DNA from: an uncultured Gammaproteobacteria bacterium
GTDB taxonomy: Bacteria; Pseudomonadota; Gammaproteobacteria; Pseudomonadales; Halieaceae
Direction of reading: 5' to 3'
Assembly (NCBI GenBank): GCA_963845135.1
Contig: CAWJQW010000009.1
Coordinates: 10,657-74,656 of the forward strand
Length of the DNA: 64,000 nucleotides
Part shown: positions 11,494-21,233 of the stretch, in pieces
Layout: each line of letters opens with the position of its first letter
Numbering within the stretch: position 1 is the first letter of the stretch
The notes under the pieces: generated by a model
Seen by the model: the letters and a program-made list of their open reading frames with translations, nothing else
Database searches by the model: none
What the model was told of the DNA's origin: nothing
Made by a program: the position numbers and the translations under genes

Positions 11494-12851
11494 ACAGCCA
11501 CCTGTAGTGCCCGCACATCAGTTTCGGCGAATCCCAGTTCCCTGGCAAAGCCCTGCCAGTCGCGAAGACTATTTTCACTTACCGACTTTCCCTGCAAGGG
11601 AACCAATTGCAAAACACAGCGCGACACACCACGCACCTCGCTGAGCACATCGGCAAGGTCCGCCATCGGCGGCTCCCATGACTTCACCGCCACCCACAGC
11701 GCTTGCGGTCGACGCTGATTGATCAGTTCAATGGCATCGACATCGTCGGCGGGGGAACCCAGCCCCGCCCGCAAGTGGTTGGCCGATGTTGTCAATTGCA
11801 GGCCGGCGGCACCCAGTTGCGCCATTGCGCCCGCCCATTCCAATAGCAGCGCACCTTCATCGGGTACGAGGTTGATTGTTCTTGCATCCACATGCCCGGC
11901 ATCGCCGGCCTGTGTTTTCACCACGGGCGCGCGTAGCCTTGATAACACCGTAGCGGCACCCGGGAGTGTCAGGAAGCAACGGGTCACCTCACGACGATAG
12001 AGGCGACGCGACAGCAACCAGAGCAGCGCCCGGGGCAGTAGTGCATAAGTGACCAGGCACATCGTGAGGAAGGACCACCAGCCACGCCGACTGGCCTCAT
12101 TGAGTTCAGTTACGTCAAGCTGCGCCGCATGAAAGCGGGTGGCTGTGATTACCTCTGCAGGCACCACGGCCTGCGGCAGCCAGCTGGACCATGGCCAGGA
12201 CAAGGCCGCGTTGAACGTATTCACGGCATCGTCGGTGAAGCCAAAGGTGGATCCCCACACGAAACTGAAATCGGTAAATGCCAGCAATACCAGAAAAGCG
12301 ACAATCACGCCCAGCGCAAACAAAACGCCCAACTCCTGGCCATAGCGCAGCAGCAACAAACGCAGCGCCGCACTGGCCTCACGTAATTCAGCCGCTGCTG
12401 GTAACGCCCGACTGGCAATGAGGCGCGCAGGATTTAGCAGGGAAACCGGCGGTGGGCGGCCAAAGGCAGAGCGCAGCATCACCACGCCGGCCACCAGGGA
12501 AAAAAACAGTGGCAGAAACACAAACAGCAACTGGAACAGGAACACATTCACCAGCGCCCTGTCACTGGCCAACAGGAAACCACCGACCGCCAAAGCGCCG
12601 GCAACCAGGGCAAACAAACGCAGCAACAGCGCGGCATGTGCCTCTGTGAGCCAAGCCGATTCAGCATCCTCAGGCGCTACCTTATCGAGCCAGTAGAGCA
12701 GGCGACCTGCATCACCTCCTTGCGCGCACTGACGACCAATCGCGTGATCGCGTTCAGCCAACGCCGCTGCAGCAACATCCTGATCGGCTGCAAGTTGCTG
12801 CCCGAGGCGATAGACATCCTGCAGGGCGACTGGACTGGCGTTGGGCGGCAT
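11490..12851 (-). CDS. DUF2868 membrane protein
   Basis: Four hydrophobic segments, FVWGST, GWWSFL...YALLPR, WEPP motifs; ATGA overlap with the GTPase gene. Confidence 0.75.
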   Translation of the reverse strand: MPPNASPVALQDVYRLGQQLAADQDVAAAALAERDHAIGRQCAQGGDAGRLLYWLDKVAPEDAESAWLTEAHAALLLRLFALVAGALAVGGFLLASDRALVNVFLFQLLFVFLPLFFSLVAGVVMLRSAFGRPPPVSLLNPARLIASRALPAAAELREASAALRLLLLRYGQELGVLFALGVIVAFLVLLAFTDFSFVWGSTFGFTDDAVNTFNAALSWPWSSWLPQAVVPAEVITATRFHAAQLDVTELNEASRRGWWSFLTMCLVTYALLPRALLWLLSRRLYRREVTRCFLTLPGAATVLSRLRAPVVKTQAGDAGHVDARTINLVPDEGALLLEWAGAMAQLGAAGLQLTTSANHLRAGLGSPADDVDAIELINQRRPQALWVAVKSWEPPMADLADVLSEVRGVSRCVLQLVPLQGKSVSENSLRDWQGFARELGFAETDVRALQVAV

Positions 12852-12932
12852 TGGTGTTCTCTGGATAATGACGCTGTAATAGTGTCGTGTCCCGGCTTAA
12901 ACTGCAACGCAAGCAATCACCGGACACACTTT

Positions 12933-13376
12933 ATGCGCCTCGCACACGTTCTCACTATCGGTTTGTTTGCGGTGCTGGGTTCCGCCTGTTCCAGCTCCTC
13001 CGATCCAGAGAAGCAGATCAGTAAAGCCATCGCGGAGATGCAACTGGCGTTGGAGGAAGGAAAAAATGCCGCGTTCAGTGAACACCTGGCAGATTCATTT
13101 CTTGGCGGACACAAGGGCCAGCGCAATATTGGCAAGGACGAAGTCCGCAAAATGCTTGCCGGCTATTTCCTGCGCTACCGGAACATTGGCGTAGTCATTC
13201 CCTCGCTTTCAGTGCAGGTTGATGCCTACGAGCCTGCGCTGGCCACGACCCGCGGCACTGCGGCGTTAACCGGCGGCAATGCCCGGCTGCCGGAAACAGC
13301 ACGTCTTTACCAGTTTACTGGCCAGTGGCGTTTGATTGATGGTCGCTGGCAACTGATTCAGTTCAGTTGGGAGTAG
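12933..13376 (+). CDS. NTF2-like lipoprotein
   Basis: Lipobox-like LGSAC; C-terminal WRLIDGRWQLIQFSWE typical of the NTF2 fold. Confidence 0.7.
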   Translation: MRLAHVLTIGLFAVLGSACSSSSDPEKQISKAIAEMQLALEEGKNAAFSEHLADSFLGGHKGQRNIGKDEVRKMLAGYFLRYRNIGVVIPSLSVQVDAYEPALATTRGTAALTGGNARLPETARLYQFTGQWRLIDGRWQLIQFSWE

Positions 13377-13483
13377 TGCAACAGCCGTTTCGCCCGTGAG
13401 GTTGCGGTCATGCCCTGATAGCCGGTTGTGCGGCGCCAGTGGGCACACTAGACTGCGGCATACGTCATTGCCCAGGTAACACG

Positions 13484-15023
13484 ATGAACACCGCCCCACG
13501 TTCCGAACCCGGTTTTACAGGTCGCGCACTCGCGGCCGTAGAGCGCATTGGCAACCGGCTTCCAGACCCCACTGTCTTGTTCATTGCGCTGCTGTTTGCC
13601 GTGTGGCTATTGTCCTGGATGCTTTCCTATGTTGACTGGGGCGTCAGCGACCCGCGCAGCGGCGCAGCCATTGATGGTGGTAAACCAGCTCTCGGGTGAG
13701 TCCATGGTGTTGTTTTTCTCATCGATGGTAACGACCTTTGCCCATTTCCACCCTATCGGTGTGGTACTGGTTGCCATGCTGGGTATCGGCGTCGCCGACC
13801 ACACCGGATTCATCAATACCGCCCTGCGCGCCATGATGACGGTCACAGCACGCTGGCTGCTGACACCCATGATTATCCTGGTCGGGATTGTCAGCCACAC
13901 CGCTGCCGACGCCGGCTATGTGCTGGTGATTCCGCTGGGTGGCGTGATCTTCTATGCTGCGGGAAGACATCCGTTGGCGGGTATCGCTGCCGCCTTTGCC
14001 GGTGTTTCCGGCGGTTTCTCCGCCAATTTCATTCCCTCAGCCATCGACCCCATGCTGCAGGGTATTACCCAGTCTGGTGCACAGATCCTCGACCCGCAGA
14101 TAAGCCTGAACCCACTGAATAACTTTTTCTTTACCGCTTCCTCGTCACTACTGATCATCGCCGTGGGCTGGCTGGTTACCGACAAGCTGGTGGAACCGCG
14201 TCTTCAGGGCACCGCGCTCGATGACAACCTCGAGGACCTGCCGACAATGGAGCCCCTTGATGACAGGGAACGCCGCGGCTTGCGCAGCGCGCTCTGGTCC
14301 ATGGCCATCGCCATCGCCGTGCTGTTGGCCAGTGCCTGGCCAGCCACCTCTCCCTGGCGCGGACAGGGCGGCTCACTCACCGAACTGGGCGCCCCACTGA
14401 TGGGCTCTATCGTGCCGCTTATCTTTATCCTGTTTCTCATTCCCGGTGTGGTTTACGGCTACCGAGCGGGCACCGTCAACAGTGCGCGCGACATCATCGC
14501 TGGCATGACCAAGGCCATGGAGAGCATGGCCTACTACCTGGTAATCATGTTTTTTATTGCCCAGTTTATCTTTGCCTTCTCACAGTCAAACCTGGGGGTA
14601 TTACTGGCCATTGAAGGGGCCGCAGCGCTGAAAGCAGCGGGCCTGCCCAGCGCAATGACCATTGTTGGCATAGTCCTGCTCACCGGGCTACTGAACCTGT
14701 TCATTGGTTCAGCCTCTGCGAAATGGGCGCTGCTGGCGCCCATTTTTGTGCCCATGCTGATGGAACTGGGCATCTCTCCGGACCTCACCCAGGCCGCTTA
14801 CCGGGTGGGCGACTCCACCACCAACATCATCACCCCGCTGATGCCCTACTTCCCGCTGGTGGTCGTGTATTGTCAGCGCTATATCAAGAATGCGGGTATT
14901 GGCACCGTCACGGCAATGATGCTGCCCTACTCGATCACCTTCCTCGTCGTCTGGAGCCTGTTCCTGCTGGCTTACTGGGCATTGGGAATACCACTGGGCT
15001 TGCAGGCGTCTTATACCTACTAA
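13484..15023 (+). CDS. abgT: AbgT family transporter (frameshift near 13670)
   Basis: VERIGNRLPDP, GRHPLAGIAAAFAGVSGGFSAN, GSASAKWA, AYRVGDSTTNIITP. Confidence 0.92.
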
Positions 15024-15092
15024 AAAAACGATAGATCCGGGTAGTCCTGTCTCTGCGTTCTCCCGTATCAACCTAAATGACCGGAGCTTCCG

Positions 15093-15263
15093 ATGACAGA
15101 CAAACCTGGACATGACGGGCAGGCACCCCAACCAGCAGCGCACCCTGCCGACGCCCAGCGCCTGCCATGCCGTGGCTGCCTGCCCGATTGCAGCAACCGC
15201 GACCGGTGCAATGGCAAACCGTGGCGGATGCGACAGCCCTCGCAGAATACGAATACGCCATGA
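15093..15263 (+). CDS. 56-aa cysteine-rich small protein (not in the ORF track)
   Basis: GGAG RBS at 15083; reads [56 protein letters not shown]; stop overlaps the next ATG (ATGA). Confidence 0.65.
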   Translation: MTDKPGHDGQAPQPAAHPADAQRLPCRGCLPDCSNRDRCNGKPWRMRQPSQNTNTP

Positions 15264-15847
15264 CGCACTCTCTCTCAGCGCAGTTGCGCCAAAGACTATT
15301 GGCCAGCGGCGTCTGCCGCATCGCTGCAGCGGCGGTGTTTTCAATCCTGGCTATAGCATGCACCTCCGTTAAGGTCACCGACTACAGCGAGCTGGCGCCC
15401 GCCTTCAACGTTGAGGAGTTCTTCCAGGGCTCACTGGCGGCGCACGGTGTCGTGAAAAACCGCAGTGGCAAGGTCATTCGCACATTCAATGCGACTATCG
15501 ATGCCAGCTGGGAAAACGGCGTGGGGACACTGGATGAGGACTTCGTGTTCAATGACGGAGAAGAGCAAAAGCGCATCTGGACGCTGCGCCGCCAGCCCGA
15601 TGGGAGTTACCTCGGCACTGCCGGGGACGTGACCGGCGAAGGCACCCTGCGCCAGTCAGGCAACGCTGTGTTTCTGGACTACGTGCTGCAGGTACCCTAT
15701 CGGGACGGCACCATCGACCTGCGCGTCGACGACAGGATGTACCTGCTGACACCGGACATCCTCATCAATGAGTCCACCCTGAACAAGTTCGGCTTCCAGG
15801 TGGGTGAGCTGCTGCTGGTGATTCGCCGCCTGCCCACGCCGGACTAG
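15260..15847 (+). CDS. DUF3833 family lipoprotein
   Basis: Lipobox-like AIAC; [32 protein letters not shown]. Confidence 0.85.
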   Translation: MTHSLSAQLRQRLLASGVCRIAAAAVFSILAIACTSVKVTDYSELAPAFNVEEFFQGSLAAHGVVKNRSGKVIRTFNATIDASWENGVGTLDEDFVFNDGEEQKRIWTLRRQPDGSYLGTAGDVTGEGTLRQSGNAVFLDYVLQVPYRDGTIDLRVDDRMYLLTPDILINESTLNKFGFQVGELLLVIRRLPTPD

Positions 15848-16557
15848 CCCACGTTGTGATAGACCTTCTGCACGTCCTCGACATCATTTAGCATGTCGAG
15901 GAATTTTTCGAACATGGCTTCGTCGGCGGCGGGAATAGGCGCTGTGTCACGCGGTACAAACTGAATCTCTTCTACCTCAAACTCTATATCACCCAGCGCT
16001 TCATTCAGGGCCTGGCGGGCCTTGGCAAACTCGGTATGGGGGGTAAATACAGTGATCTTGCCGTCTTCACACTCGATATCCTCCACATCCACGTCGGCCA
16101 TCATCAGCGCCTCCAGCACGGCTTCGTCATCTTCTCCCGGGAACACGAAAATGGCACTGTGATCGAACGAGTGGCTGACGCTGCCGGGCGTGCCGATTTT
16201 GCACTTGGTCTTGGTGAAGCACTGGCGCACATCGCCAATGGTGCGGTTGGGGTTATCGGTCAGGCAATCCACTATGACCATGCAACCACCGGGGCCGAAG
16301 CCCTCGTAGCGTGCGGCGGCGAAATCCTCACCGGCACTCCCGCTGGCCTTGTCCAGCGCTTTATCAATCACGTGCGCGGGCACCTGGTCCTTCTTGGCAC
16401 GATCAATCGCACTGCGCAAGGCAAGGTTGCCGTCCGGATCCACGCCGCCCTGCTTGGCGGTGACGTAGATAACGCGCGCATGTTTACTGTAGACCCTGGC
16501 CTTCTGGTCCGAGGTCTTGGCCATGGATTCCTTGCGGTTCTGGTAGGCTCTGCCCAT
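15844..16557 (-). CDS. yebC: YebC/PmpR family protein (YeeN-like subtype)
   Basis: [34 protein letters not shown]. Confidence 0.93.
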   Translation of the reverse strand: MGRAYQNRKESMAKTSDQKARVYSKHARVIYVTAKQGGVDPDGNLALRSAIDRAKKDQVPAHVIDKALDKASGSAGEDFAAARYEGFGPGGCMVIVDCLTDNPNRTIGDVRQCFTKTKCKIGTPGSVSHSFDHSAIFVFPGEDDEAVLEALMMADVDVEDIECEDGKITVFTPHTEFAKARQALNEALGDIEFEVEEIQFVPRDTAPIPAADEAMFEKFLDMLNDVEDVQKVYHNVG

Positions 16558-16736
16558 GGGAGGCTCCTGAAAAATCAGCAATTATAAGCGAGATGGCCAT
16601 TCGGTTTCACGCTTTGCGCAAATACCGCCGCAGAAGTCCGTTACAGCCAACCGATGTGCTTACCGCCTGACGGGTCCAGATTGCTCGGCACCAACCCCGT
16701 GACGTCACACAGTATCTTTATAGATCAATTCTGCGC

Positions 16737-17314
16737 TCAGTGTGCTGCGGCTTCGCCCCAGATCTCTGCGGTACGCTGGTCGCGACCGCAGTTCCAGCGG
16801 TAGTATTTGTAGCGCGTCGGATTCTTGAGATAGTAGTCCTGATGGTAAGCCTCTACCGGCCAGAACGCAGTCGCGTCGCGCAGCTCGGTGTAGACAACCT
16901 GGTCAGGAAAACGCGCCTGGACAGCCTGCAGTGACTTTTGCGCCAGCGCTTTCTCGCGGGCATCACTGGTAAAGATAGCACTGCGATAGCTGAAGCCCTT
17001 GTCGCAGAACTGGCCCCTGTTGTCGAAAGGATCAATGCTCACCCAGAACAGGTCCAATAACTGCTGATAGCTGATGACGCCGGGATCATAGGTCACCTTG
17101 ATCGCTTCAAAGTGTCCCTCGTGATTGCCCTTATAGGTGGGGTTCTCCAGGGTGCCGCCGGTAAAGCCCGACACCACATCGATTACGCCGGCCTTTTCCT
17201 GGTAATTGGACTCCATGCACCAGAAACAACCACCGGCAAAATAGGCCTCGGCCGTGTCTGCCTTTACCCCGACGGTGAAGAAATCAGCGCTGTAACAATA
17301 AATACCCTGTACAT
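16737..17314 (-). CDS. msrA: Exported peptide-methionine (S)-S-oxide reductase (frameshift in the signal peptide)
   Basis: AYFAGGCFWCME immediately upstream of the listed ORF; GQFCDKG, EAYHQDYY. Confidence 0.92.
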
Positions 17315-17485
17315 GGTTTGCCCCTGGCAGAATTGAATTAAAATTGACCGCGGTATTTCAGATCAGTTCCACTGTGCCGCCGGTGCGGCTTTTCTTTGGC
17401 CGTGTTTCCGGGATAATGCCAACCCTGAAGTAAAGGCAACAACCGGCACTTCATTACTCTATCACTGGACGCGAGCATCCCCGTT

Positions 17486-18340
17486 TTGACCACATCTTCC
17501 GATTACCATCTTTCCCGGCGGGAGGAGCCCGACGCGGTGTTGCGCGAGCGCTTTGCCAGGGACGGTTACCTGTTTATCAAGCATGGCGCCAATATTGCTG
17601 CCTGTGACGCACTGCGCGATGACCTGCTGCAGGTATTGGCACCCCATGTCAGTTGGGATGACAATACAGCAAAGCCGATTCTCAACGGTGCCCCTTTTTA
17701 CGAGACTGACGCCATTTGGGATTGCATTTATCCGAAAGTTCAGCAGCTGGAGTCCTTTCACCGCTTCTTTCACCAACCCTGGATGCTGCAACTGATGCGC
17801 CGTATACAGGGCTGTGAGCCCTGGGTTTACCCGATCAAAATGGCGCGCATCGCCACGCCCCGCATGCTGGGCTACGAGACCCCGCCCCACCAGGACGCCT
17901 ACTCACACCACGCTGGCCCTACCATGGCCGGCGTTTGGGTGGCGCTGCACGATGTGGACAGCAGCATGGGGCGCGTCACCGTGTTGCCCGGTTCACACAA
18001 GGGGGGCGTACGCGAGGTACACCAGGCACAGGGCGTCGGCGGCGTCCAGTGTGAGATTTACCCCGGGGAAACCCACTGGCATGTCTCGGACTTTGAGAAG
18101 GGCGACATACTGATCTTCAATTCGGCCACGGTACACCGAGCGGAACCCAATACCGCAGAAAACAAGGTACGGCTCAGCGTGGACACGCGCTTCTGCGACT
18201 ATGGCGCCCCGGTATTTTCTACCAATCTGCAGCCGCACCACGGCTGGCGGATTGAGGGCCTCGATTGGGAGTCCATCTATGCCGACTGGCAGAGCAATGA
18301 TGAACAGTACTACTGGCAGTCCTATCCGCACACGTTCTAG
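17486..18340 (+). CDS. Phytanoyl-CoA dioxygenase (PhyH) family Fe(II)/2OG oxygenase
   Basis: PPHQD, WVALHD, PGSH, VHRA, RLSVD. Confidence 0.85.
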   Translation: MTTSSDYHLSRREEPDAVLRERFARDGYLFIKHGANIAACDALRDDLLQVLAPHVSWDDNTAKPILNGAPFYETDAIWDCIYPKVQQLESFHRFFHQPWMLQLMRRIQGCEPWVYPIKMARIATPRMLGYETPPHQDAYSHHAGPTMAGVWVALHDVDSSMGRVTVLPGSHKGGVREVHQAQGVGGVQCEIYPGETHWHVSDFEKGDILIFNSATVHRAEPNTAENKVRLSVDTRFCDYGAPVFSTNLQPHHGWRIEGLDWESIYADWQSNDEQYYWQSYPHTF

Positions 18341-18378
18341 CCAGACCGCATCGCCAGAGCTTGACGGGAGCAAACTGC

Positions 18379-18891
18379 ATGCCTGATGTCGAAGCCATTA
18401 CACTGGCCAGCGGGGCGCTGCAGTTCAGCACTCTCGCCCTCGGGGAAGGCCCCATCGATATTACTGCTGCACGGTTTTCCCGACAATGCGCGATCCTGGC
18501 GTTACCAGTTACCCGCTCTGGCCAAGGCAGGTTATCGAGCTGTCGCCGAGCGCCCTGCCGCTGTCGGCAGGCGCGCGCCGGAAGGCTGGCATACCAGGTG
18601 CCGGTAGCCACGCTGGCCCTGAGCGGACTGGAAGACCGCTGCATCAACACCCAGGTATTCGCAAAGATGATGCTGCCGCAGGACTTCCCCGGGGGACTGG
18701 AGGTGGCGCAGGTGCCGGAGGCTGGACACTTTCTGCACCAGGAGCAGCCTGATGCCGTCAACAAACTACTGTTAAACTGGCTGGCAAAGCATAAGGAATG
18801 TCCATTCGGATGCTCACTGTTTGCTCATTGCCGCACAAACGTGAACCGGGTAGATCAACGGCTTACTGGATCCCCGCCTTCGCGGGGATGA
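18379..18891 (+). pseudogene. Alpha/beta hydrolase (epoxide-hydrolase-like) with a large internal deletion
   Basis: N-terminal LLHGFPDNARSW...GYRAVA joined almost directly to C-terminal AGHFLHQEQP; nucleophile elbow and cap are missing. Confidence 0.75.
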
Positions 18892-18892
18892 C
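18866..18892. repeat. REP-like palindrome
   Basis: CTGGATCCCCGCCTTCGCGGGGATGAC, hairpin ATCCCCGC/GCGGGGAT, reading GTCATCCCCGCGAAGGCGGGGATCC on the minus strand. Confidence 0.7.
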
Positions 18893-18947
18893 AAGCTGAG
18901 CGGGGGTGATAGCGTGAGTGGGCCCAATAGTCAAAGAGCGAGCTTCT

Positions 18948-20726
18948 ATGGAAAGTAACGCAAGCCCCATTTACTCACCGATGGCCGCGGCTATCGTCAG
19001 TATCGAGGTCCAGACCGGCGATGTGGTGCACGCCGGCCAGCGACTGGCGACAGTTGAGTCAATGAAACTGCAATCTCCGGTGGAGGCCCCGCACGCGGGC
19101 ACCATTGGTGAAATTCACGTCAGCCCCGGGCAAACGGTACAAACCGACGCGGTACTGATGCAGCTGTTGGCTGGAACTGGATCCGTTGAGGCGGTGCAAC
19201 CGTCGCAGTCAGGTGAAAACGGCAATATGGCACAGCTGCTTGCACTGCAGGCACAGCAGGCAATGACCCTCGATGCGCGGCGACCCGAGGCGGTGAGCAA
19301 GCGACATGCAAAGGGCTATCGCACTGCCAGGGAAAACCTGGAGGACCTGGTTGATGCAGGTTCATTCGTGGAATACGGCCAGCTGGCCGTTGCCGCCCAG
19401 CGCGGGCGCCGCAGCCTTGAAGACTTGCGCACCAACACGCCGGCAGACGGCATCATTACCGGCCTGGCGACCGTCAATGCTGACATTTTTGGCGAACCCG
19501 CTGCCGCGGCGGCAGTGATCGTAAACGACTATACCGTGCTCGCCGGTACCCAGGGTTTTTACCACCACATGAAACTGGACCGAATTATCGGCGTCGCCCG
19601 GGACAAGCAACTGCCCACGATCATGTACACCGAGGGCGGCGGTGGCAGGCCCGGGGACACCGACGTGCAAATCGGCGGCGGTGGACTGGACGTCAGCTCG
19701 TTCGTGGAATGGGCACGCCTGTGTGACGAGGTGCCCACCATCGCCGTGAATAACGGCTATTGTTTTGCCGGAAACGCGGCACTGTTCGGCTGCGCCGATG
19801 TGCGTATCGCCACCCGCAGTTCGTGGATTGGCATGGCGGGCCCCGCCATGATCGAAGGCGGCGGCCTGGGCCAGTTTTCGCCCAGGGACATTGGCCCGAT
19901 TGACGTTCAGCAAGACAATGCTGTCGTGGATCTGGTCGGCGACTGACGAAGCGCATGCGACGACGCTGGCGAAACAGGTGCTCAGCTATCGCCAGGGCGA
20001 CCTTGCGCACTGGGACTGCGATGAGCAGGCCGGATTACGCGCCGCCCTCCCCGCCGACCGTCGCTTTGCCTACGATGTCCGCAACATCATTAATACGCTG
20101 GCAGACAATGCCAGCTTCCTGGAACTCACCGAAAAGTATGGCACGGCCCTGGTCACCGGGTTTATGCGTATTGAGGGACGGGCACTGGGTGTTATGGCCA
20201 ACGACTGTCGCGGTCTTGGCGGCGCGCTGGACTGCGATGCCTCGGACAAGGCCGCCCGGTTCCTGGCCCTGTGCGACAAACTGGCGCTGCCCGTGGTTTC
20301 ACTGTGTGACACGCCGGGCTTCATGGTAGGACCAGAGAGTGAAGTACAGGGCGCACCGCGGCGCATGGGTGGTCTATTCAAGGCAGGTGCGCGCCTGCGC
20401 GTCCCGCTGGTGACAATCATACTGCGCAAGGCTTACGGGCTGGGCGCCATGGCCATGGCTGGCGGCAGCTTCAAGATCCCGTCTTCACAGCCGCCTGGCC
20501 CAGCGGCGAAACCGGCCCCATGGGCCTGGAAGGCGCGGTCAGGCTGGGCTTCAAGAAAGAGCTGGCTGCAGAGGCAGACGATGACGCACGCCTGGCGCTG
20601 TTTAACCAGTTGCTGGATGCGCTTTACGAGAAGGGCCGTGCGACCGAATCTGCGGCAGCCACCGAAATTGACGCGGTAATCGACCCGGCAGATACCCGCA
20701 AGATAATCCTGCGCGCCCTGGGTTGA
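18948..20726 (+). CDS. Biotinyl-domain + acyl-CoA carboxyltransferase protein (two frameshifts)
   Basis: VESMKL biotin-attachment motif; DYTVLAGTQG, EGGGGRPGD, DTPGFMVGP, KAYGLGA, IDAVIDPADTR across three ORFs. Confidence 0.88.
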
Positions 20727-20899
20727 AACCGGCCCGGCGCTACACCGGGTCAGTACTGCATCACCCGAATTTCAGTAATATGCAATATAATCAAGGCGTT
20801 AAGAAGGCAACTTGGACCTGAAATCGTGGCGATCACTATTCTTTTTGCATTCCCCGCGGGATGATCTATAACTCATAGATGACCCGGGAGCGGTACCGC

Positions 20900-21100
20900 A
20901 TGGAATTACTGGACCACACTGCAGAGAGCGTCGACATACACCTGGACCGGCACGAACTGGATACGCTGCTGTCACTGGTGGAACAGGGCCGGCTTGCACT
21001 CAACAGGCAGGAGCCCACCAGCCAGGCCATTGACGAGTTGTTGCGCACCGCGGCAGCCATGATGGGTATGTCAGACACGCATAATCAGCGCCATCACTAA
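20900..21100 (+). CDS. Small hypothetical protein
   Basis: GGGAG RBS, 66 codons, fills the intergenic gap in the same orientation as its neighbours. Confidence 0.5.
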   Translation: MELLDHTAESVDIHLDRHELDTLLSLVEQGRLALNRQEPTSQAIDELLRTAAAMMGMSDTHNQRHH

Positions 21101-21233
21101 TCGCCGACGGCCCCGTTTGCGTCCGGCAAGTCCATCCAGGCTTCCCTGTCTACCGCCACTTTTCTTGCGATCCATCAAATCGGCGTGGCCGGGCATGCAG
21201 TAGCCTTGCTCCACTGCGTAGCGAGAACCCCCC

